Shown here: one piece after another, positions 54,601 to 64,000 of the stretch
How the letters are laid out: each line of letters begins with the position of its first letter
Numbering within the stretch: the first letter of the stretch is position 1
Source of the DNA: the human T2T-CHM13v2.0 reference genome, Homo sapiens
Assembly (NCBI RefSeq): GCF_009914755.1
Contig: NC_060931.1
Strand: one strand, 5' to 3'
DNA length: 64,000 bases
Made by a program: the position numbers and the translations under genes
Notes under the pieces: generated by a model
Database searches by the model: none
Told to the model about the DNA's origin: nothing
Seen by the model: the letters and a program-made list of their open reading frames with translations, nothing else

Positions 54601-54984
54601 CATAAATTGTATTTAACAAGTGGAAAAGTAGCATTTACATAAAAGATATTATTTTACTATCTACTAGCAAGTTCAGTGCCTGGACTATATTAAACATTGA
54701 ATAAAATAACATGCAAAAACATCCACGGTTATAATACTAGTTTTATTCCTACTCAACATTTATTGGTTCACAATATAAAATTTATGAGAAATATTTTGAT
54801 ATATGTAGAATCATACTGGAAAATTTAACATCTCCTTCAGATTTCTCAAAATAAAAAGCACATAGAGGTTCAACACGACAACTTGCCAAAATACATTATT
54901 AGAGAGAAAATTTTACCTCATAAACAGATAAGCTTTTAAAATAAAAACACTGTTGTAATCTATAAGCTTTACAAAAACTGATCA

Positions 54985-55140
54985 AGTTCCAGAGCAGTGA
55001 CTTCTAAACATTAAAATTCATAGGAATACCCTGGGATCTTCTTAAAATTGAGATTCTAAAGTAGTAGATGTAGGTTGGGGGCTGAGAATTTGCCTTAATG
55101 CTGTTAACTGCCTGGGAACTACATTTTGAATAGCAGGGTC
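54985..55140. mobile_element. MER5-type MITE
   Basis: cagtgacttctaaac...gggatcttcttaaaat...ctgagaatttgc...cattttgaatagca. Confidence 0.65.
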
Positions 55141-55254
55141 CTAGATCATGAAGTAAAAAAAAGGAACCACATTATATGAGGCTTCAATAATAGAGCTAGT
55201 ATAGTAAAATAAGAATTTACAACTAAAGGAGGAAAAGAGCAAACAAAAAATTCA

Positions 55255-55555
55255 GCTGGGTGTGGTGGCTCACGTCTGTAATCCCAGCACTTTGGGAGGC
55301 CAAGGCAGGCAGATCACTTTCGAAGTCAGGAGTTCGCAACCAGCCTGACCAACATGGTAAAACCCTGTCTCTACTAAAAATACAAAAATTAGCCGGGCGT
55401 GGTGGCACATGCCTGTAATCCCAGCTACTTGGGAGGCTGAGGCAGGAGAATCACTTGGACTCAGGAGGTGGAGATTTTTGGTGAGCCAAGATTGTGCCAC
55501 TGTACTCCAGCCTGTGCGACAGAGCGAGACTCTGCCTCAAAAAAAAAAAAAAAAA
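55255..55555 (+). mobile_element. AluS (Sp/Sq-like) full length
   Basis: Dimeric Alu, cctgaccaacatgg; TSD core AAAATTCA. Confidence 0.93.
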
Positions 55556-55759
55556 GAAAATTCAAGTGAACTTCTTACCTTGGGGTAATTAAGAAAAACA
55601 CTATTTGGGCTAAAGAGAAAATTAAAATGAAAATTGTACATAAAAACTGGGCAAAGAAAGCACATTTAAAACTAGAAATGCTATAAGCCAAAGCAATACT
55701 CAAAAATATGTACATATAGGGAGAGATAGAGACCAAAACAGAATGTTCAACTGTAAGAC

Positions 55760-56840
55760 TAACATAATCCACTAACCAAAATCAGACAAAGACAGCACCA
55801 AAAGCCAATGTACGTTATAAGAAATGCTGCAAAAATCCTAAACCTACTAATGTTTATACCAGATATGCTTAAGTGGTCCAATATGTATTAAAAAAACTCC
55901 TAAAGAAATCTGTTACATTAACAGATTAAAGGACAAAACCCATGTGATCATATCAGTAAGTGCTTGAAAGATTTTGATCTAAGTAATTCATCACTTTGCT
56001 AACAAAATGTATTAGCAAGCAAGGAACAGTATTCAAGGTCCTTCATTTAATAAAAAATATCTAGCACAAATCACCACATGTAATAGTGAAGAAATATTAC
56101 ACATGTTCCCATTAGATCAGGAAAAAGACAAGGATACCTATTATCATTGCTACTATAAAGTTACATAATGGAACTTTCAGTAAATGCAATGAGAAAAGAA
56201 AATGTTAACCAAAAAGAAGCATATGTAGGAAAGAAAAAAATGTAAAAATTGTCTTTCCTGAACAAATTATATAACTACATGAAAATGAAAAAGCCAAGAG
56301 AATCTTTTTTTTTAATTTTTATTTATTTTTTTTTTCTGGAGACATGGTCTCACTATATACCCCAGGCTCTATCAATCCAACCAACTCAGCCTCCCAAAGT
56401 GCTGGGATTACAGGCGTGAGCCACTCTGCGCAGGTGAGAATCACTTTTTAAAAAACTATTAGAATTGATAAGACTCTGGTAAAGATTCAAATATAAAATC
56501 AACATTCAAATAATTAAAAAGTATTACTTAAAAATCTCTCATAATAGAAAAGCTACAAGATGTCTAAACAGTATCACAGCATGTATAAAATCTATTTAGA
56601 AAAGCTATAAGATGTCTAAACAGTGTCACAGCATGTATAAAATCTATTTATAAAAGCAAATTACTGAAGGACATTAAAAAAACTCAAATAAGTAAAGAGT
56701 TTTCATACTTCTATTTTGGAGGACTCTATACTGTAAATGTGTGAAATATCCCCCTGATTACCCTACAAATGCACCCAAAAAAGCTCAGCTCTTAAAAACT
56801 GACATGCATTTACAATTCATTTTCAATGAGAAAAAAAGAA
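55760..56840 (+). mobile_element. Ancient L1M ORF2 remnants with Alu fragment (56305-56433, -)
   Basis: agatcaggaaaaagacaaggat..ctattatca RT-region motif. Confidence 0.6.
56545..56650. repeat. Tandem duplication, period 52
   Basis: tagaaaagcta.aagatgtctaaacagt.tcacagcatgtataaaatctatt twice. Confidence 0.92.
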
Positions 56841-56859
56841 ATACCAGAGAACCTACGAT

Positions 56860-57260
56860 TATTCCCTTCTTAGAACAAGCTGTGCTGTTTCCTGCCTCAG
56901 GCCCTGCCTAATGCACTTCCTGTTCCCTCTGCGTCACATGCTGTGTACCTCCACTCTTCGGTAATCGCTGGTCAGTCTCACTCATTGGATCTCAGCCCCC
57001 AAAAATCCGTTCTTGGACTTCTTTATTTAAGGTAGGCAAGCACATACAGGCCCATAATACACCCTAGGTGTGATCTATCCAATCATCCACTTCAAACTGT
57101 GACCATCTCATCTATGAGATGTTTATCCTCTAAACAACTAAACAATGCTTACCCTCTAGCACTCCCATCAGAACTATGTTCCAAGAGCTCAGAAATCATG
57201 TCTCTCTTGTCATTTCCAGATAGCTGGTATCACAATGACTGACACATGAGCTTATTGTTC
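56860..57260 (+). mobile_element. L2 fragment
   Basis: ttcctgcctcaggcc...ttcctgttccctctgc. Confidence 0.5.
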
Positions 57261-58110
57261 TTAAAATTCTTAAAGCACGTGTCTACTTTCACCATTAGCA
57301 GCAATCTAAAAACCTACAGAGCCAAAGAATTACACATAAATACAATGGAATAATATACAGCCATTAAACTGATGTTGCTGAAGAACAATTAGGGACAGGA
57401 ATTAAAGCAAATGGAACGTAGAGCACAATTCCATTTTTGTAGTCAAATTTATGTGCACAAAAGACATATATGGATGCACATAATACAACAATTACCTCCA
57501 CTCATATATTTTAAATGACTTTATTTGTATTTAATGTTTTATTTTCACATTTTCTAAAAAAATATGAATTATATTTAAAGGAAGAAAAACTCAATATAGG
57601 TTTGTTATTGTATGCATAGGTATGTGTTTTAAGAAAACAGGCCTCTTCACTTCCTCCAACTCCCTTATTACCTTTGTCACAACATATATAAACTCAGAAA
57701 AAAACATTCAAAATTATAACCTTGAACTCAACAAGCCACACTGGAAATACACTCAGTGCTGCTCATAGAAACCCACTTAATCCCTGTCCTGCTGCTTTAA
57801 AAAATGCAAAATCTTAAGTGAAAAAAGGTAAATGTTGCCAGCATTTGTTCTGTAAAGGGAAATCACAATTCAGAAAGACTCATTTTTTCCCTTTGAAGTT
57901 AGGAACAAGAACAAAACCTCCCTAAATTCTCACCCTGCTGCTGCAAGAGGAAGAACAGAAGAGAGAATGTTCTGTGATGGAATCTCATTTTGGAGTCTGA
58001 AAGAACGCTACATTGCTGCCTCTGTGACACAGAGCTTGCCATTTTCTATGGTGTTTTCTATCAGAATCACATGAAAATGTGACAAAGCCATAAATCACAG
58101 GAAACTTTCA

Positions 58111-58125
58111 CCACTAGATGGTGAG
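58111..58125 (+). promoter_or_regulatory. Candidate CTCF motif
   Basis: CCACTAGATGGTGAG matches the CTCF core in unique sequence. Confidence 0.4.
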
Positions 58126-58215
58126 CTTGTGGCTTGGCAGCTCATGCCTCTGATCATTGGTCTCTTCAACCAAAACATTTAAGAAATCAGATATCCATTT
58201 GATTCATTTTAAAAA

Positions 58216-58267
58216 TTTATAGTATTCTTTGATGGTAGTTTGTATGTCTGTGGGATCGGTGGTGATA
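58216..58267 (-). mobile_element. Isolated ~50-bp L1PA ORF2 internal fragment
   Basis: tagtattctttgatggtagtttgtatgtctgtgggatcggtggtgata = antisense L1 ORF2; TAAAAATTTA at 58210-58219 and 58266-58275. Confidence 0.85.
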
Positions 58268-59681
58268 AAAATTTAATGAAGAAAACAAGTACTTTGCAAC
58301 TAAGCATGATACAAGTCAAATGCAGATAGCTATCAAAACATTTTTAAAATAACCAAAGTGATTACACTTAAGTCCTGTTAAGTCCTGGTTTTCCTAATAC
58401 ACATCTTATATTCAAATTTCTCTAGGGGATGGGTTACTTAATAAAGTGAGAATTCCTGTACTTAGGATCCCTAGTTTTGACCTGCTGCTTATCCTGTCTT
58501 TTTAAAACCAGGCTTGAATGGAAAAAAAAAAAAAAAAAAAAAAAAACACTGCAAAGCACACTCTGAAGCTTTTGCTTAAGGGACAGCTCTCCTTTGGCCA
58601 GTTCACTGTGGTCACTCATTCCCAGCTACCACACTGCTCTCTTATCTCTGGTTCCTGACTGACCTGCACTCTAGTTTGTTCAGAAAAGTCTAGAGGTGAA
58701 GCTTTAATCCTAGCCCACTTAGTTTCCTTTCCCCGCATCAGTGCCAAGGCATTAGCAGAACCAGTATTTCTCCATAAGGGAAAACTAATGAATTCATTTT
58801 AAACCAACTTCTTATAAGCCAAGACAAGGCATTAGCTATCAGTCATGACTTCAAATAGATACAACTGCTGAGGACTAGCACGTTGCATTTTTCCAGCCAC
58901 AGGTATAACCTGTGCATTTAGGTTATTTTATTTTTCTTTCAGGAAAATACTCAATATAATTAAACATCTGCTCTCTAACATCCTATACAAATGAATGGCT
59001 GATGATTTTAGAATCACTGACAGTTTGGTTTAAAGACAGAAGATCATTTAATTTATTGTTTTTAATAGAAAATTTCTTAAATGACATTTTAAGGAAATGT
59101 CAAGAATGTTGGTAGAACTAGAGTGTGTAGTGTAAGAAAAAGATGCGAAATTTAAGCCTTTCTTAAACTGCGGAATTATCTTATGAATGGCAATTATACT
59201 CAATATTGTGATACAGAGACACCTCAGGACCCAATGCATCATAAAGGGTCAGTGTTCCTATATCAAATGATGCTGGATTGCCATCCTTTTCAAATTCTTA
59301 TATGCTCTGTAAGATTTCCTATGTCTTGCCTTGAAGTCAACTGTCATTTTTCATGGTAATTCACTATGCTGCCTATAGAAATTCTTATCCTCATTTGTTT
59401 GCTATTTCTAATACCATATACTTAAAAATTAAATAGGCTTACTAAAATTGTACATGAAACAATGAATAAGCTCTGGGGATTGGTAAATAGAATTCTTATC
59501 TATCACAACCTTGTGTACTTCAGTGAGAGAACTCTGTTATACTCATTTAGAGATACATTATTTAATAATAATTGTGTATGTATCTTGTGTTCCTTTATTA
59601 ACTACAAGTTTCTTAAGAACAAGAGCCACATGAATCACCTTTGTAACCCCATAGCTAACCCCCAGCAAGGTACCCTGATAA

Positions 59682-60005
<324 letters not shown>

Positions 60006-61639
60006 TTCAATTATTTTTATTGTTTACTTCCCTTATATTTTAGATAGTTTAGGTCCAGATGAGTAAGGTTCTAGTAATTTTAACAGTGGAACCAAAGATC
60101 AAAACTCTCTATACTTATCAGCTTACAGCCTAAGTTGTGGTCCTTCCAAAATTGCCTTCTCTTTAATTCAGACATGTCACATAATCACCATTCCTGGTTA
60201 TGAGTCAAGCAACCAGGTATCAGGAGAAGCCACAGCAGAGGGTCTCTGAATGTCAAGGGCTGGTGAAAGGCCAATGCTGGTAGTATACACAAAGGCACCA
60301 GTTAGATACCAGGAAATACGTGCCCTATAACTCACAAGAGAGACTTCTCTCCCAAAAGGAAGAAAAAATGCACATGGATACCTTTAATTTGCTACAGCCC
60401 TGTGAATGCTTAAATTTGGATAGGGCAGCAAAATGAGGCACACAGCTGTAACATTAGCTCTTCATGGATGTTTTAAATATTTTTAAACTTGCCAACAAAA
60501 TAGCCCTTTCTCTGTTAAGTAGGAGGTATGGATTTTTATATGTATTAATATTTATATTAGAGCACTGAATGTGCAAACCTTTGTTTTATGATCATTTCTG
60601 AAAATATAAATAAGAAGTACTAGCCCTGATTTCTTGAGGCTTTTGGATTTTCTTAATGTGGCAGTCACAATAGATGAGACTCACATTGTTAGAAGCTATT
60701 CATAAGCAATTTACAAAATTATAAATTCAAGTTAGGAAAGTTGACTATCTAAATGTTTCCTTATATCTCTGAGGATGTGGAAGATTAGTGTTCACTTTAG
60801 AATGAATAAATCAGTATTGTGATGATCTCAGTTCTACAATGAAATAAAAGTGTTTAGAACTGGTAATAATCATAATTTGATCTATGTCATTTTTTTCTAC
60901 TACTGTACCCACAGAACTAAAAACAAATCTAACGAAATGTGATTGGGAAATAAGGGCCAGAATCTACAATTTATTGCCCAATTAATTATCTCTTTAGTTA
61001 CTTCACTATATTGGCATGGACAATTAATGGGTTTACAACACCAATGCTGCTTTAACACTGACTTAAATATTTTAAGATGTCTAAAAAACAAATTGACAAT
61101 CAGAGTCCTGCCATCTATTAACAACAACCCGAATGATTTTATCTTTCTCTCACAGCTTAACATTAATGCAGTCCAGGAAATATTCTAACATAGTAATTGC
61201 AACAAATAATACAGATTATCTAAACCATGAGTGATGAAGTTAGTGCTAAGAATTTCCCCCAGACCTACCACTTAGGTAATCTTTTCTTCTATGATTACTT
61301 AATAATATTCAAATATAGAAATCTGTTAGCTTATTATCTAAGGACAGATTATATTAAAACTAAAATAAGTTGTTGCAAAATTTGTTTTTGTTTCATGATT
61401 TCCAAACAGCCTTAAAGACTGTGTTAATCTATGGGACAGGGGAGAATACATGTGACAACTATCAATCTATTGCCTCTTAGCACCAAATCCACTGTTTATT
61501 TTCTAAAAAGAGAGCTGAACACTAGAAGTAAGCATTCCTCCTTTGCAGTGAAAATGATGCTAAGTTTTGTCATTAGGGGATACTGTAAGGACAGAGCAAG
61601 AGGAAGGGGCTTTCTTTCCTCGTTCCAGCACATTTGTAT

Positions 61640-62105
61640 TTGCTTCTTTATGCTCCTGCCACCCTGCTACAAGCAGTGCATGCAGGGGGCATGTGCTGGT
61701 GGCCTACCCCAGCGGTATGCCCCAACCCACAGACCCTTGGTAAGTTCATAGCCAGCCCAACTCTGGCCCAGTGAACATGTCACCATGGCCCTCCCAACAC
61801 AGACACTGCAGGCTCCAAGACTCACATCACTTAGCCAGTGATCATATCCCCAGTGCCTGAATCCCTCCATGTGTCCATCCACCAGGCTGGGCCCACCTGA
61901 ACCCATGAGAGGTGTTCCAGGCCTGCCAGCCTCAAGTTGCCTATAATCTGGAGAGAAATTTTCTGCTCCACTGGAAAGTATGGACCAACTCTGGCCTGGA
62001 CAACTCAGCAAACTTCTCTGACATCCAATAGGCCACAATCATAATGTCTACAATGAGGTCTGAAACCCAGCCTCGGGAGGCGGCTCCCCTTCCAAGTTTG
62101 TTCCT
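61640..62105 (+). mobile_element. ERVL-class LTR (LTR40-like) fragment
   Basis: aaacttctctgacatccaataggccac...gaggtctg..cccagcct...ttccaagtttgttcctt. Confidence 0.5.
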
Positions 62106-62497
62106 TTTGGGGTTGCTATTAATATAACAAAATGCCACAGACTGGGTGGCTTAAGCAACAGAAATTTATTTCCTCACAGTTCTAGAGGCTGGAAGTCCAA
62201 GATCAAAGTGTTGGCAGGTCCGGTTTCTTCTGAGGCCTCCTCCACTGACTTGCAAATGGATACCCTCTTGCTATATCCTCACATGGCCTTTCCTCTGTGT
62301 GCACATACAATCTTGGCATGGGGGGCATTGGGGGAAGGTGGTCTGTTTCCCAAGTTTCCTTTTCTTAGAAGGATACCAGTAAGACCAGATTAGGGATCAC
62401 CAAAAAGGCCTCATTTTAATGTAATCACCTCTGTAAAGACCTTATCTCCAAATATGGTTACATTCTGAGGTACTAGGGATTAAGACTTCAACAAATG
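62106..62497 (-). mobile_element. MLT1A/B/C-type MaLR LTR, terminally truncated
   Basis: ccacagactgggtggcttaa..caacagaaatttatt...cacagttctagaggctggaagtccaagatcaa. Confidence 0.85.
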
Positions 62498-62500
62498 ACG

Positions 62501-63410
62501 TAGATATAAAGTTTTCACTGTAGATGTAAAACAAATCCAGTTCAGATAGCTCTAAACAGAGGCACAGTACCCTTCCAACATATTCTGAAGCCTCAGCACT
62601 TGCCACAATAACATTCTACTTCAATACAACTAATATACTGAATAAATTTATGGAAAGCAGTATTTCAGAACGTCAAGTCTTGGTACTAGGAGTGCTCACG
62701 ATTACCAGATTGGTTATTGCTTCTATGTGTCTTCTGTAGAAAAAAAAGCTAGGAAATATGGGCTTTCTGATATGTATTAATGGTGCAGTGTGTTGTTAAA
62801 CTGCTTCCCTGGCAACATTCTATGTTCATGTTTTTACAACATTAGTATTTCTGCAGTTCGTACCCTTGTGATTTAGAATTAAGAAAGTAAAATGTGGTTT
62901 TGCAATATCAAAGTATAGCCCAGTTACATTCTCTGCCACTTATTAATCTTAACTACTGTGACAACTTTGTTGATCAAGAACATGAAGTCCTGTGGTATAA
63001 CATTAATACACAAGATAACAGTTTCATTACCTTCTGCTGGAGTGATAAAACATAAACCACTTGCTTGGTCTAAGACAGCCCACACAGACACTTAAAAGTG
63101 TTGCTTTGAGGCAAGGAAGTTAGATGTCAAACTGTCTACTTCTTATACATAAATTGAAGTTTTCCTTGTAAATGTAAAACAAATCCAGTTCAGATATCTC
63201 TGAACAGAGGTATAGTACCCTTATGGCTTTTTCTGAAATCCCAGCAGTTGCCACAATAATGTTCTGCTTCAATACAACCAAGATATTGAATGAATTTCTG
63301 GAAAGCCTTATTTCAGGACTTTTATCTTGGTCCTAGGAATGCTCACTATCACTAGATTGGTTACTGTTTCTACAGATTTTCAGTACAAAAAGAAAAGATC
63401 TAGGAAATAT
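62501..63410. repeat. Old ~260-bp direct duplication (62501-62759, 63149-63410)
   Basis: Colinear at offset ~648, roughly 75-80% identical by eye. Confidence 0.88.
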
Positions 63411-63836
63411 AAGCTTATTTATCTTTCATTTTATATATGTATGGTAAATATGCATGATATATGTATGTATATAAAAGTTCAGATTGTCATACTAATAATT
63501 TTCATTAAATGTAGGACTATATGTTCCTTATATTCTTAACAGGAGGGGACACTTACAGGCTCCTGGAGTACTTGGCAAGGCTCTGTATCCCCTTGTTACC
63601 AAAACAAGGATGTTTGCCTTTAGTAACTCATTATGCTTCATATCTGCTTCATGTGGTTTTCTGTATATACATTGTATAAATATTGTTTCATATAACAATG
63701 TTTTAAAATACCAAAATGGCAAAGTTAAAAATATGGCAAGGGTCTAAGACAAAAGTGTGCTCCCTCACCTCCTAGTGTGAATCAGCTTTGTGATATGGTA
63801 TCTCTTTAAATCTACAATCATCCATAGACTGCCTCA

Positions 63837-64000
63837 GCCGGGCGCAGTGGCTCACGCCTATAATCCCAGCACTTTGGGAGGCCGAGGCGGGTGGATCATG
63901 AGATCAAGAGTTCAAGACCAGCCTGGCCAAGATGGTGAAACCCCATCTCTACTAAAAAAAAAAAAAAGAAAAAAAAAATTTAGGCAGGCATGGTGGTGGG
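63837..64000 (+). mobile_element. AluS (Sg-like), cut by window edge
   Basis: gccgggcgcagtggctcacgcc...gaccagcctggccaagatgg. Confidence 0.93.

Overview
Primate (human-like) AT-rich, repeat-dense non-coding DNA. I recognise no protein-coding gene, and the supplied ORFs are chance ORFs or repeat-derived. The window looks like part of a large intron-rich gene or lncRNA transcribed on the minus strand: two short exons with strong splice signals lie at 23052-23135 and 12208-12268, the latter closed in all three frames. I cannot name the gene. The rest is Alu, L1 (a 4.6 kb 5'-inverted L1PA and an L1PA4 3' end), L2/MIR, hAT MITEs, and MaLR/ERV LTRs. The most unusual structure is a three-LTR THE1 composite (30631-33770) bounded by one CCAAC target-site duplication, which encloses older foreign DNA (MLT1J + AluJ) and a second THE1 of another subfamily, suggesting capture of sequence from another locus. 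Other oddities: a 73-bp near-perfect palindrome, a tailless 5S rRNA retrocopy, a ~50-bp tailless internal L1 fragment with a TSD, an LTR22 ending in two fossil primer-binding sites, and several templated local duplications. Repeat family and subfamily calls come from recalled consensus sequences, not an alignment run; boundaries of old repeats are approximate.
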